From assembly GCA_963734495.1 (NCBI GenBank), contig CAVTHK010000011.1, positions 128,001 to 192,000 on the forward strand: 64,000 nt of DNA. The letters run 5' to 3'. Positions 1 through 9,855 of this stretch are shown piece by piece (the first letter of the stretch is position 1; the number at the start of each line of letters is the position of its first letter). The translations under genes were made by a program, and so were the position numbers. The DNA is from an uncultured Spirochaetota bacterium (GTDB taxonomy: Bacteria > Spirochaetota > Spirochaetia > SZUA-6 > CAVTHK01). A model generated the notes under the pieces. The model worked only from the letters and a program-made list of their open reading frames with translations. It searched no databases and had not been told where the DNA came from.

Positions 1-1949
1 ACGTGCGGGAGCGGGCCGCCGGAGACCACGGCCGCGAGCGCCTCGGGCAGGTTGCGCGAGGAAACGAGACGCGGAGCCGCCGGGTTCGAAAGATCGACAA
101 CCTTGAGGCCGCGGCCCGGCTCCACGACATAGGCCCAGGTGTCGCGGACCGTGAGCGACGCGGGGGCCTCGAGGGGGAGCCTGGAGGTGACGACCGGCTC
201 GGCGAGGTTGAAGATGTCGACGACCGCGAGCGAGCTCCCGTCGGCCACGATCGCGTAGTCGCCGAGCACCGCCACGGCGCGGGCGCCGGTCACGGCGGCA
301 GCGCCCACGGGCACCAGCCGGTCGTCCGGGATCGCCGAGGGCGCGCCGGGCACGGCGTCGCTCTTGAGACTCCCGGGCAGGGCGGGCGCGATCCGGTAAT
401 AGTAGAGCTCGCCGGTGCGCACGCGCCTGTCGAGCAGCTCGGTCGAGGCGGCACGGCCGATGCTGAGCCAGGGGCCTTTGGGGGAGAGCGACCGGAAGAC
501 CTCGTACTCGGGCGCGCCCGGGATGCGGGGCCAGCGCACGCGCATCTGCCTGTACTCCCCGATCACCGAAGGCGCCAGCGTCGCCGGCGAAAGGGGGATC
601 GCTTCGACCACGTGCGACCACTCGGGCTCCCCGGCGCCCGCGCCGTCCGCCCTGAGCGCGAAGCGGTAGCGCACCCCGTTGTCGAGTCCGCGCACCATGA
701 ACGGCGAGCGGACGCCCGCGACCGGCACGCCGCCCGGGCCTGTCGGGTCGCCGCCCGCTGCGGCCCAGGCCAGGGTGTAGCCTTGGGCCAGCGGGACCGG
801 CTCCCACCGCAGTGTGGCTGCACCATCGCCCGCCTCGGCTGCGAACGACGGGATCGCGCTGCTGGCGCGCTCGATCGCGATCCGCCGCGTGAGACGGCTG
901 CCGCTCACGGACTCGGCGGTGACGATGAGCTCGTGACGGCCCGAGAGCTTTCCCGCGTCGAGCACCTGGCGGAAGTTGCCCTGGCCGTCGAACGCGAGGT
1001 TCCCGGTGAACACCGCAGCTGCGGCGAGGTCATCGGACGAGCGCAGCTCGCACGCCAGCGAGCGAATCCCGCGGGGTTGCCCCTGCTCGGGGCTGGGGTC
1101 CCATGCCCGCCCGGAGAGCAGGATTCGCGAGCCGACTTTGCCGCCGTCCGCCGGTGAATCCACCTGGAGCGCCGGCCGCACAGTGCCGTCATAGAACAAG
1201 ACGCTGCTCGCGGTCGCGGTGCCTTCTTTTCGCGCGGCCCGCAGGTCGACCGTCACTTTCCCCTTGATCCTGGCCGCGGGGATGACTATGCGGAAGCCGC
1301 CGTCGGCGAAGTTGTAAAAGACCTCCCCGCCGATCTCGGGATACTCGCGCACCGCGTAGGTGAGCCGCTCGATAGCCGTCATGCTCTGCTCCTGCTCGGA
1401 GTCGCGCACCCGGCCTTCGATCCGGATCTCGGTCTGGTAGAAGGTCGGCTCGAGCGGTCGCAGGATCTGCAGGAAGGGCGCAGCGGCGGGGGCGGTGATT
1501 GCCGCGACCACCGGAGCCCGGGCCGGCGCGGCCGGCGCGGCCGGCGCGGCAGGGGCGGCAGGGGCTCGAGTCGCAGGAGCCGGCGCTGGAGTGGCCGGCG
1601 GAGCGACAGCTATCGGAGCAGCGGCGGGCGGGACCGGCTGCTCCGACGGCGCGGGCGCGGCAGCTTCCTGCTTCGGTGCGGGCGGCTCCGGAGCGACGGC
1701 CGCGACCGGCGCCTCGGTTCGTGCCTCGGCCGTTTCCGCAGCGGCGGGCGCCGCAGCGGCGGGCGCTGTGGCGGGCGCCGGCGGAGGGGCGGGGAGCGGC
1801 TCCTGGGGGGCTGGAGCCACGACGACGGCCGCGGGCTCCTCGATGGGCGCAGGGAGAGGCTTGGGCGCGGGACGGCACGAGGCGACCAGAAGCGCGAGCG
1901 AAAAGAGCGCAGCCGCCGCGATCAGCCGCCGCTTGTCACCCTCGTCCAC
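1..1949 (-). CDS. Surface lipoprotein with Pro/Ala linker, fibronectin type III-like domains and LVIVD-like repeats (runs off the window edge, partial)
   Basis: Not in the ORF track because there is no stop in the window. Manual translation from GTG at 1949 (RBS GAGGAGAAGG) gives MDEGDKRRLIAAAALFSLALLVASC (lipobox), a P/A-rich stretch, FN3-like EAGDGAATLRWEPVPLAQGYTLAW...GLDNGVRYRFAL, and LVIVD-like DTWAYVVEPGRGLKVVDLSNPAAPRLV. Start overlaps the stop of the upstream gene at 1936. Confidence 0.8.
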   Translation of the reverse strand, partial: MDEGDKRRLIAAAALFSLALLVASCRPAPKPLPAPIEEPAAVVVAPAPQEPLPAPPPAPATAPAAAAPAAAETAEARTEAPVAAVAPEPPAPKQEAAAPAPSEQPVPPAAAPIAVAPPATPAPAPATRAPAAPAAPAAPAAPARAPVVAAITAPAAAPFLQILRPLEPTFYQTEIRIEGRVRDSEQEQSMTAIERLTYAVREYPEIGGEVFYNFADGGFRIVIPAARIKGKVTVDLRAARKEGTATASSVLFYDGTVRPALQVDSPADGGKVGSRILLSGRAWDPSPEQGQPRGIRSLACELRSSDDLAAAAVFTGNLAFDGQGNFRQVLDAGKLSGRHELIVTAESVSGSRLTRRIAIERASSAIPSFAAEAGDGAATLRWEPVPLAQGYTLAWAAAGGDPTGPGGVPVAGVRSPFMVRGLDNGVRYRFALRADGAGAGEPEWSHVVEAIPLSPATLAPSVIGEYRQMRVRWPRIPGAPEYEVFRSLSPKGPWLSIGRAASTELLDRRVRTGELYYYRIAPALPGSLKSDAVPGAPSAIPDDRLVPVGAAAVTGARAVAVLGDYAIVADGSSLAVVDIFNLAEPVVTSRLPLEAPASLTVRDTWAYVVEPGRGLKVVDLSNPAAPRLVSSRNLPEALAAVVSGGPLPH

Positions 1950-4900
1950 GCCTTCTCCTCACGACGAACCCGGCACACGCCGCAGCAGCAAGGGCACAGA
2001 GAATGGCGAGCCCCGCAAGCGCCGGCCGCTGCAGGGGCGCGCTCGCGGCCGCAGGAACGGGCGGCGCGTCCGCTGGAGCCTCAGCCGCAGCCGCACCAGG
2101 AGCCGCGGGCGCGGGCTCCGCGCGATCTGCTGCAGTCGCGGGCGCGGGGGCTGCTGCGACGGGCGTGCTGTCGCGCGCGTCCTGTACCGAGGGCGCTCCC
2201 GCCGACTGCGGCAGCGTCCGCCGCGGTTGCGGCGCGGGCGACGCGGGCGCTACGGGCCGGCGCGCGGCCCGGGACGCCTGGGGCGCAGGCGCGGCCGGCG
2301 CCGGGGCTGCTTCGCGCGCCGTGCGCGGCGCGGTCTCCGCCGCCGCTCCCTCCGCGCTCAGCCACCCGCTCGCGCGCACGCGAGACGCGGCGGCAGGCCC
2401 GCCCGAAGCGGCCACGGGTGGCGCCGCCGAGCGGGGCGGAGCGGCGCCGCCCCCCGTCATCGATCTGCTCACCGCGAAGTCGCCGCTCTTCGAATTGAAG
2501 GCTTGCTGCGTGTTGCCTGCGACGTCGCTCGCGCCGGTGACCGTCACTTTGACGTTCGACGCGGGGTCTGTCCCGCCCGTCTGCACTGTGTAGGTCGCAG
2601 TGGCCGTGTTGGAGCTCCAGCTCCAGGTCGGCCCGCCGACCAGACGCCCGCTCAGGTCCTGGTCGAACACGACCGTCGGATTCGTCGTTGTGTCCATCGC
2701 CTCCGAGTAGGCAAACTCGAGGGTCAGCGAGCCTTGATAGGCGCTGGCGACTGAGGCGGGCGCGGGCGTGAACAGGTCCACCTTCGGCGCAGTGGTATCG
2801 ATGGTGATGGAGAGGTCTGAGGAGGTTGAAGTATTGCCTGCCGGGTCAGTGGCCTCTGCGTGCAGGGTGTGGGCGCCGGCCGCGAGGCTGACCGCGGCAA
2901 AGGAGTAGGCTCCCGAAGCGGCGGTGGTGGAGGCCAGCTGCGTGGCTCCTTCCATCAGGCGCACTGTGGCGCCGGTCTCGACCGTGCCGGTGAAGCTGAG
3001 GCTGGTCAGCCGCGTGATGTTGTCGCTGCTGGAGCTGCCGCTGTCGCTGCCGTCGGTGAGGTCGGGGGCGGAGACGGCCGGGCTGACACTGGTATCCACC
3101 GTCACGACGAGATCGCCGGAGGTGGAGGTGTTGCCCGCCGGGTCGGTGGCCTCGGCGTGAAGCGTATGGGCGCCGGCCGCGAGACTGACCGCGGCAAAGG
3201 AGTAGGCTCCCGAAGCGGCGGTGGTGGTGGCCAGCTGCGTGGCGCCTTCCATCAGGCGCACCGTGGCGCCCGTCTCGGCCGTGCCGGTGAAGCTGAGGCT
3301 GGTCAGCCGCGTGATGTTGTCGGAGCTTGAGCTGCCGCTGTCGTCGAGGCTGTTGAGGTCGGGCACGGAAGCCGCCGGGCTGACGCTGGTGTCCACCGTG
3401 ACGCTGAGCGTCGAGGAGGCGGCAGAGGTGTTGCCCGCGGCGTCGGCGGCCCGCGCGCTGATGAGGCGGCCGCTGCCCGCGCTGACCGGGGTGTCGATGC
3501 TGTAGGAGCCGCCGCCGGCGGTGCCGCTGGCCGCGGGGCTGCCGTCGACGAGGATCGACACCGTGGAGCCGGCCTCGGCCGTGCCGGTAAAGGTCAGGGT
3601 GGTCAGCCGCGTGATCCTGTCGCTGCTCGAGCTGCCGCTGTCGTCAGCCGGGTCCAGCACCGGAACCGAAGGCACATCAGGCGCAGTGGTATCGATGGTG
3701 ATGGAGAGGTCTGAGGAGGTTGAAGTATTGCCTGCCGGGTCGGTGGCCTCTGCGTGCAGGGTGTGGGCGCCGGCCGCGAGGCTGACCGCGGCAAAGGAGT
3801 AGGCTCCCGAAGCGGCGGTGGTGGAGGCCAGCTGCGTGGCTCCTTCCATCAGGCGCACTGTGGCGCCGGTCTCGACCGTGCCGGTGAAGCTGAGGCTGGT
3901 CAGCCGCGTGATGTTGTCGCTGCTGGAGCTGCCGCTGTCGCTGCCGTCGGTGAGGTCGGGGGCGGAGACGGCCGGGCTGACACTGGTATCCACCGTCACG
4001 ACGAGATCGCCGGAGGTGGAGGTGTTGCCCGCCGGGTCGGTGGCCTCGGCGTGAAGCGTATGGGCGCCGGCCGCGAGGCTGACCGCGGCAAAGGAGTAGG
4101 CTCCCGAAGCGGCGGTGGTGGTGGCCAGCTGCGTGGCGCCTTCCATCAGGCGCACCGTGGCGCCCGTCTCGGCCGTGCCGGTGAAGCTGAGGCTGGTCAG
4201 CCGCGTGATGTTGTCGGAGCTTGAGCTGCCGCTGTCGTCGAGGCTGTTGAGGTCGGGCACGGAAGCCGCCGGGCTGACGCTGGTGTCCACCGTGACGCTG
4301 AGCGTCGAGGAGGCGGCAGAGGTGTTGCCCGCGGCGTCGGCGGCCCGCGCGCTGATGAGGCGGCCGCTGCCCGCGCTGACCGGGGTGTCGATGCTGTAGG
4401 AGCCGCCGCCGGCGGTGCCGCTGGCCGCGGGGCTGCCGTCGACGAGGATCGACACCGTGGAGCCGGCCTCGGCCGTGCCGGTAAAGGTCAGGGTGGTCAG
4501 CCGCGTGATCCTGTCGCTGCTCGAGCTGCCGCTGTCGTCAGCCGGGTCCAGCACCGGAACCGAAGGCACATCAGGCGTGATGCTGTCGAAGGTCACATTC
4601 GGGCTCGGCGTCGCCGACGCCTGGGTGATCGCTGTCACGTTGCCGGCTTTGTCCGTGAGGCCGATCGAGAACGCGATGGCCCCCTGCGCGTCCGTCGCCT
4701 GCATCTCCGTAGCCGCCGTGTAGCTCGGCAGCGTAACCGTGACCGCCCGGCTCGCGATCCCGACGGTCGGCGAAAGAGCCAACTCGCGCGTCGACGCAAA
4801 GAACAGCGTCACGTCGTCTCCGACCTTCGCCCAGTTCGCGTTCGGGTTGCTGCTCGTCATCGCCAGGCCGCTGATCGTCGGCGTGCCCTCGTAGAACGTG

Positions 4901-6477
4901 ATGCCGGAGCCTGCCGAGGCGGTGGTCGTGTTGCCGATGACGTCTGCGGTCGTGATCGCGTACGGCAGGGCCTGCGGCTCACCTCCCGACAGCTTGCGGG
5001 TTGCGCGCCAGGCGCCGCCCCCCAGGTTCGCCACCGAGGCCGTGCGGCCCGGGCCGCCGATGGTCACGGCGACGGCGGCTGGGTCTACGCCGGTTTGAGC
5101 GTCCGACAGCGTGAAGTCGAGCGTCACGGTGTCGTCCACCTTGGCGTAGTTGCCGGTCGGAGCGCTCTGCGCGTTGTCCGAGCGGATCGACACGCCGGTG
5201 ATCGACGGTGCCGTGCGGTCGTCGCGAATCGTGATCGGGAACGGAGCGACAAGCCCCGCGCTGGACTTGGCGGTGATGGTCAGGATGATGTCGCCCTGTC
5301 GGCCCGTGGTGTCCACGGTGAACGCAAGGTTGCCTGCGCCGTCCATGACGCTCGAAAGCGGCGGCACGCTCGACGCGTTGTAGATGCGGGAGACCGGCGT
5401 GCCCACTGTCGACGAAAGGTCGTACTTGAGCTCGACGATCTGAGGCGTAGTGGCAGCCAGGCCCGTGACCGTGATGACCTCCGAGGGTGCATTCGAGGAG
5501 TAGTAGCTCGACCCGCCGACGACCCGGGATGCCGGCGGATTGTGCGGCAGGTTCAGGATGAAGGTCGGGTACGGAAGGTCCTCGACCGCCGTGCCCTCCG
5601 CGGTTCGCTTCATGCCGTTCCGGTCTTCCGCGATCACCCTGACGGTGAGCGTCGTCAGCCCCGAGGCCGGAATCGTGAACGACGAAGTGAAAGACCCGTC
5701 GGGGAACAGCCTGAAAGGCTGCATCACGTCCGGGAACGGCCCGTTGATCCTGGCCGCGTAGCATTGCTCGAGGTCGCTCCACGTCGTCGACAGGAGGAGG
5801 TCCGCACTCCACATAGGGTTCTGGACGATTTCCCACCTGAGCGACTTGAGCTCGCTGATGGCGGGATCGTCGCCCGAGTTGGCGACCGTCCCGTTGATGG
5901 TGAACAGGCCGCCGATCTGGAACTTGGTGAACGCGGTCCCGGGCTCCGCCAGCTGGATCACCATGCCGTCGCTCGGGAACAACTGCCGCCTCGCCTCGGC
6001 GGTATTGCCGTTGCGGTCCGTGGCCTCGACGATGAACTCGCGACTGCGGTCGATCGACGCCGTATCGAGCTCGACGGAAAAGTCGCCGGTGGAAAAGTCA
6101 AAGGTGAAGGGCTGCGGATCGGGCGTCGTCGGGTTGGGCGTGACGGTGAACGAGCTTCCTGCCAGCTTGACCAGCCGGGTGAGTCCCGGCTCCGCCTGAA
6201 CCTGGATCGCGATGTTGTCGAGGACGCCGCCCCCGTCGTTCGCCTTGAACGCCGAGTCCGTGATGCGGCCCGCAACGGTCACCGTGGAACGGATCGAGCC
6301 ATTGGCTTGCGGGGACGTCAGCGTGATGTCGGGCGGGATCGTATCCTCGACGACGCGCAGAAGCTTGTCGTCGACGGGTTCCGGGATGCGGCAGTCCGTG
6401 ATGACCGCGAGCAGGGCGCAGAGGATCGCGGCCGCGGAAAAAGCGATGCGTCCGGCTGCCGCGCCCTTTTCTTCCAT
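1936..6477 (-). CDS. Giant Ig-like repeat surface protein / putative adhesin (1513 aa)
   Basis: N-terminal hydrophobic signal ending VITDC; six DSGSSSSDxITRLT..FTGTAE..DxAGN bacterial Ig-like repeats plus other Ig-like segments; P/A-rich linker; C-terminal hydrophobic helix followed by RRRRGRG. Confidence 0.85.
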   Translation of the reverse strand: MEEKGAAAGRIAFSAAAILCALLAVITDCRIPEPVDDKLLRVVEDTIPPDITLTSPQANGSIRSTVTVAGRITDSAFKANDGGGVLDNIAIQVQAEPGLTRLVKLAGSSFTVTPNPTTPDPQPFTFDFSTGDFSVELDTASIDRSREFIVEATDRNGNTAEARRQLFPSDGMVIQLAEPGTAFTKFQIGGLFTINGTVANSGDDPAISELKSLRWEIVQNPMWSADLLLSTTWSDLEQCYAARINGPFPDVMQPFRLFPDGSFTSSFTIPASGLTTLTVRVIAEDRNGMKRTAEGTAVEDLPYPTFILNLPHNPPASRVVGGSSYYSSNAPSEVITVTGLAATTPQIVELKYDLSSTVGTPVSRIYNASSVPPLSSVMDGAGNLAFTVDTTGRQGDIILTITAKSSAGLVAPFPITIRDDRTAPSITGVSIRSDNAQSAPTGNYAKVDDTVTLDFTLSDAQTGVDPAAVAVTIGGPGRTASVANLGGGAWRATRKLSGGEPQALPYAITTADVIGNTTTASAGSGITFYEGTPTISGLAMTSSNPNANWAKVGDDVTLFFASTRELALSPTVGIASRAVTVTLPSYTAATEMQATDAQGAIAFSIGLTDKAGNVTAITQASATPSPNVTFDSITPDVPSVPVLDPADDSGSSSSDRITRLTTLTFTGTAEAGSTVSILVDGSPAASGTAGGGSYSIDTPVSAGSGRLISARAADAAGNTSAASSTLSVTVDTSVSPAASVPDLNSLDDSGSSSSDNITRLTSLSFTGTAETGATVRLMEGATQLATTTAASGAYSFAAVSLAAGAHTLHAEATDPAGNTSTSGDLVVTVDTSVSPAVSAPDLTDGSDSGSSSSDNITRLTSLSFTGTVETGATVRLMEGATQLASTTAASGAYSFAAVSLAAGAHTLHAEATDPAGNTSTSSDLSITIDTTAPDVPSVPVLDPADDSGSSSSDRITRLTTLTFTGTAEAGSTVSILVDGSPAASGTAGGGSYSIDTPVSAGSGRLISARAADAAGNTSAASSTLSVTVDTSVSPAASVPDLNSLDDSGSSSSDNITRLTSLSFTGTAETGATVRLMEGATQLATTTAASGAYSFAAVSLAAGAHTLHAEATDPAGNTSTSGDLVVTVDTSVSPAVSAPDLTDGSDSGSSSSDNITRLTSLSFTGTVETGATVRLMEGATQLASTTAASGAYSFAAVSLAAGAHTLHAEATDPAGNTSTSSDLSITIDTTAPKVDLFTPAPASVASAYQGSLTLEFAYSEAMDTTTNPTVVFDQDLSGRLVGGPTWSWSSNTATATYTVQTGGTDPASNVKVTVTGASDVAGNTQQAFNSKSGDFAVSRSMTGGGAAPPRSAAPPVAASGGPAAASRVRASGWLSAEGAAAETAPRTAREAAPAPAAPAPQASRAARRPVAPASPAPQPRRTLPQSAGAPSVQDARDSTPVAAAPAPATAADRAEPAPAAPGAAAAEAPADAPPVPAAASAPLQRPALAGLAILCALAAAACAGFVVRRRRGRG
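2786..4577. repeat. Near-perfect 894-bp tandem duplication (2 copies, 298 aa = 3 Ig-like domains each)
   Basis: 2786-3683 matches 3680-4577; shadow ORFs recur at an exact 894 offset (2860/3754, 2924/3818, 3221/4115, 3521/4415). I saw two differences (2848/3742 and 3184/4078), both synonymous. Confidence 0.95.
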
Positions 6478-6488
6478 ACGATCCTCCG

Positions 6489-8621
6489 CTACTTCGCCGG
6501 CGCGGACGCGCTGCGCAGGTACGCGTACTGCCCCGCGAGCTGCGGATCCGCCGCGGCGAGCAGCGCGTAGTACTCCCCGGCCCGGTCGTAGTTCTCCAGC
6601 TTGTGATAGGAGCGGCAGATGTTGAGCAGCACCGCGGCGTACTCCGGCGAGCCGGTGCGCTCGCGCTCCTGCAGGTCGCGCTCGGCCCTGTGGTAGCTGC
6701 GAAGCGCGTCCTGCGTGCGGCCCTGCACGAAGTAGAGGTTCCCCAGGTTGATCAGGGGGCTCGCGTAGTTGCGGTCAAGCGCCAGCGCGGCGTTGAACGC
6801 CCGTTCGGCCACGTCGTAACGGCCGAGCTGGGCGGCCACGATGCCGAGGCTGTTAAAGTCGCGCCGGTTGTTCGACTCCTGCGCCCTGCGCGACGCGGCC
6901 GCCACGATGGTGTCGATCAGCCCGCCGAGGCTGGCGCTGACGTGGGCGAACAGCCTGTCGGCGTGCGGGTAGACGATGCCGGCGTCGGTCTCGCGCAGGC
7001 CCACGGGCCTGAACGCCTCCTGCGCCTTGCGCGTCAGGTACACCCCGCGCTGGCCGGGGCTGCCGTCGTACTGCCGGTAGATCTCGATTCCGGAGCGCCA
7101 TGCGGCGGCGAACTCGCTCTTCGCAACGAGCGTGATCTCGATGGGGACCCAGAGCTCCCCGTCGATGTCGATGGACATCGCCTGCTCGGGGTGCACCATC
7201 GGGTAGTCCCGCGACGCGGTCTTCGTGTTGATCATGGGGAAGATGTGACCGGGCGCCGTGATGTAGCCCGTCTCGACGCCGACTGTCTCGAGCAGCGCGG
7301 CGAACAGCGCGGTCAGGTCGTCGCAATCGCCGGTGCCCCGCCGCAGCGTGTCTCTCGGCAGGCTGACGGAGTCGACGATGCGCGCGTTCGCCTGCGCGGC
7401 GCTGAAGGGCGAGGTCGGGTCCGCCTGGTAGATGACGCCGAGCTCCTTGAGGGCATAGTAGATCTGCATGGCGATCTGCAGGGGCTCGCCGAGGCCCGGG
7501 AGCACCGTGTCCTTGGCCGCCTGGCGGACGTAGCTGGCGAGGTTGCGCAGCGCGCCGTCCGACTGCGTGATGAACGCCGCGAACTTGCGGTCGTCGTCCC
7601 ACGTGATGGCGGTCCGGTCCTGCAGATCGTACGTGACGGGGAACGCCTGCGTCGCGGGACGGTTGCGCGCGACGTAGCTCGCGCGGATCTCGCCATTGAG
7701 CGGCGTCACGCCCTCGGTGGAAAAGACCTGCGAATTGAAGGCCGCCAGCAGCTTGACCTCGGTCGTCTTTCCGGGGCCGAGCTCCGCGATCGAGGCCGCC
7801 GGCGTCGGGTTGTCCATGAAGCCTTCCTGGAAGAAGGCGACCTCCACGTCCCGGATCGGGTAGCTCTCTATGTTGGTGAGCGTGATCGTGGCGATCGGGT
7901 GGGAGACGTAGTGGCTCTGCATCGCGGCGTACACGGGCGGGATGACGGCTTCGCCCATGCGGAGGCTGCGGATGATCGCCCGCGGCGCGTCCGGGTCCTC
8001 CCCGAAGCGATAATGGGCGCCGATTCCCAGGCCCAGGGCGAAGCCGTCATACCGGTCGAGCGGCGTAAAGGAGCGCTGGTAGCTCAGCGAGGGGGAGATG
8101 TCGATGCTGATGGCGAACGACGGGTTGAGGCTGATCTTGCCCGCGGCCGTCGCGAGCAGGTAGAGGTTGCTCCTCGGGGAGAACTCCCCGGTCACGGGGT
8201 CCTTGTCGAGATTCGGGAAGATCGCCTCGGAGAGGCCCGCCGCCGCGCTCGCGCCGATCTCGAATTCCCTGCTGATGCGGTGCGAGTATCCCAGCCCGAG
8301 CTGGCCGAACCAGTGCCTGTGCTGCCAGCGGTCCTCCGGGTCCCCCTTGTTGACGTAGTCCCAGTTGCGCATGCCGAGCCGCGCAAAGGGCTGCAGCGAC
8401 GTGCTCGCTGGCAGCGGCGCGCGCGCGCTCACCGCGAGCTCGGTCACGTTGAAGTCCGTAGAGTAGTCGTTGAAGGGAGAAAGCTGCTGGAAGTCGATCC
8501 CGACCGACGCGGCAAAGCGGTAGTACTCGTCGAGGTCGGGTCTGCGCTCCTGCGCATGGACGGTGCACGAGAGCGCGACTGCGGCGAGAAGGCACACGTG
8601 ACCGACGCGCCTACGGACCAC
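6489..8621 (-). CDS. Exported protein: beta-strand-rich N-terminus, transglutaminase-like cysteine protease domain, C-terminal TPRs
   Basis: Signal peptide (TVHA-Q); GTGDCDDLTALFAALLE...PGHIF...WVPIE catalytic-type motifs; TPR helices (FNSLGIVAAQLGRYDVAERAFNAAL, LINLGNLYFVQG). Confidence 0.75.
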   Translation of the reverse strand: MVRRRVGHVCLLAAVALSCTVHAQERRPDLDEYYRFAASVGIDFQQLSPFNDYSTDFNVTELAVSARAPLPASTSLQPFARLGMRNWDYVNKGDPEDRWQHRHWFGQLGLGYSHRISREFEIGASAAAGLSEAIFPNLDKDPVTGEFSPRSNLYLLATAAGKISLNPSFAISIDISPSLSYQRSFTPLDRYDGFALGLGIGAHYRFGEDPDAPRAIIRSLRMGEAVIPPVYAAMQSHYVSHPIATITLTNIESYPIRDVEVAFFQEGFMDNPTPAASIAELGPGKTTEVKLLAAFNSQVFSTEGVTPLNGEIRASYVARNRPATQAFPVTYDLQDRTAITWDDDRKFAAFITQSDGALRNLASYVRQAAKDTVLPGLGEPLQIAMQIYYALKELGVIYQADPTSPFSAAQANARIVDSVSLPRDTLRRGTGDCDDLTALFAALLETVGVETGYITAPGHIFPMINTKTASRDYPMVHPEQAMSIDIDGELWVPIEITLVAKSEFAAAWRSGIEIYRQYDGSPGQRGVYLTRKAQEAFRPVGLRETDAGIVYPHADRLFAHVSASLGGLIDTIVAAASRRAQESNNRRDFNSLGIVAAQLGRYDVAERAFNAALALDRNYASPLINLGNLYFVQGRTQDALRSYHRAERDLQERERTGSPEYAAVLLNICRSYHKLENYDRAGEYYALLAAADPQLAGQYAYLRSASAPAK

Positions 8622-8744
8622 ACCGACCCCCTTGTTGTGGCGTAGTGCAGGAGGGGAACAAGATGTATACTAGGAGTGTATCCCTGCGGGCCCGGCGCCG
8701 CAAATTCGATCAGCCTCCCGATCCGTCCGTGCCAGGGGGTCTTG

Positions 8745-9647
8745 ATGAAACACCTAACACTGGTGATGTTGCTCGCGCTTGCGTTGTGCGCGTCGGCGTA
8801 CGCGCAGGATCTCCGCGTGCAGTATCTGGACGGGCTCGTCGAGCTGCAGACGGGGGCCGCGTGGCGCGAGCTCGCCGCGGGCGACAGCGTGCCCGCTTCC
8901 GCGGTGCTGCGGCTCGACGACGGCGCGATCGCCGAGCTGGCGGGGGGCGGGATGACGCTGCGGCTCACCCGGCGCGGGACCTACGACCTTGCGAGCCTGG
9001 CGACCGCGAGCGCGCAGAGCAAATCCGCGGGACTCGGCACCTTTCTCACGCAGCGCGCCAGGGCGATGGGCGGTGCCCGCGCCGCCAAAGCCGACGCGAG
9101 CGCAGCCGGCGTGCGGGCTGAGGCCAAGGATGACCGGACGGTGAACTGGGTCGGAGCGGAGAGCGCCGACGCCCTGATCTCCAGCGGCATCGAAAAGCTG
9201 GCCAGGGGCGACTACAAGGCGGCGTACGCGACCTTCGAGGATGCGCGCGACGCGGCGGCATCCGCGAGCGGACCCGACGCGGCGCGGGCTGCCTTCTATC
9301 TGGGCTATGCCTCGTACCTCAACGGCGACCTCGTGTCCGCCCTGCGGTATCTCGAAAAGCCACGGCCCGACCCCTCGTCGAGCATGTACAACGACCACGT
9401 GCTGGTGCTCGCGCAGCTGCTCGTGGAAACCTTTGCCTACGCGGACGCCGCGGATCTGCTGCAGGGGTACATCGGGTCGGGGGCTCCCCGGGGAGACAAC
9501 CTGCAGGCCGCGCGGCTCTTTCTCGGGCTGAGCCAGAAGGGACTGGGCAACAGGCAGCAGGCGACCGAGAGCCTGCAGGCCGCGCAACAGATGAACGCCG
9601 GCTCCGACGCGGGCCGCGCCGCGGCCAGGCTGCTGGAGACGCTGTAG
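8745..9647 (+). CDS. Exported FecR-like/TPR protein
   Basis: ATG at 8745 gives signal peptide MKHLTLVMLLALALCASAYA; VQYLDGLVEL...W.EL..GD FecR-like beta domain; TPR helices in the C-terminal half. Confidence 0.65.
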   Translation: MKHLTLVMLLALALCASAYAQDLRVQYLDGLVELQTGAAWRELAAGDSVPASAVLRLDDGAIAELAGGGMTLRLTRRGTYDLASLATASAQSKSAGLGTFLTQRARAMGGARAAKADASAAGVRAEAKDDRTVNWVGAESADALISSGIEKLARGDYKAAYATFEDARDAAASASGPDAARAAFYLGYASYLNGDLVSALRYLEKPRPDPSSSMYNDHVLVLAQLLVETFAYADAADLLQGYIGSGAPRGDNLQAARLFLGLSQKGLGNRQQATESLQAAQQMNAGSDAGRAAARLLETL

Positions 9648-9786
9648 GCGGGGGCGAGACACCGAGTCCGGCCGTGGACCTGACTTCATCGGCTACGGCT
9701 TGATCGTCGACGACGCCAGCGCCGCCGAAGACTCCCGGTCGGTGCGCAGATCCCTCTGTGTCGCCCCGCAGTATAGGGGCACTTTT

Positions 9787-9829
9787 GGAGAAAAGTGCCG
9801 TTTACCGCCGCGGGCGGCGCGGCTAAGGT
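9787..9829 (+). promoter_or_regulatory. Putative activator site abutting a sigma70-type promoter of the lyase gene
   Basis: GGAGAAAAGTGCCGTTTAC (9787-9805) recurs at 15788-15806 on the minus strand; TTTACC-N17-TAAGGT follows; GGCACTTTT/AAAAGTGCC is an inverted repeat. Confidence 0.55.
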
Positions 9830-9855
9830 GGGCCGGCAGCACAGGGAGGCCAGGC

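Noticed and set aside
1520-1566. 9-bp GCCGGCGCG tandem repeat as a regulatory or contingency locus
   Set aside because: Encodes the in-frame (PAA)n linker of the lipoprotein.
2786-4577. CRISPR array or mobile-element repeats
   Set aside because: Long in-frame coding duplications with no spacers, cas genes or transposase.
6603-8645. 680-aa plus-strand ORF and similar long ORFs (3..1157, 5095..6570, 30454..32562, 34345..36375, 59927..62362)
   Set aside because: Antisense shadows of well-supported genes; stop codons are scarce at this GC content and no motifs are present.
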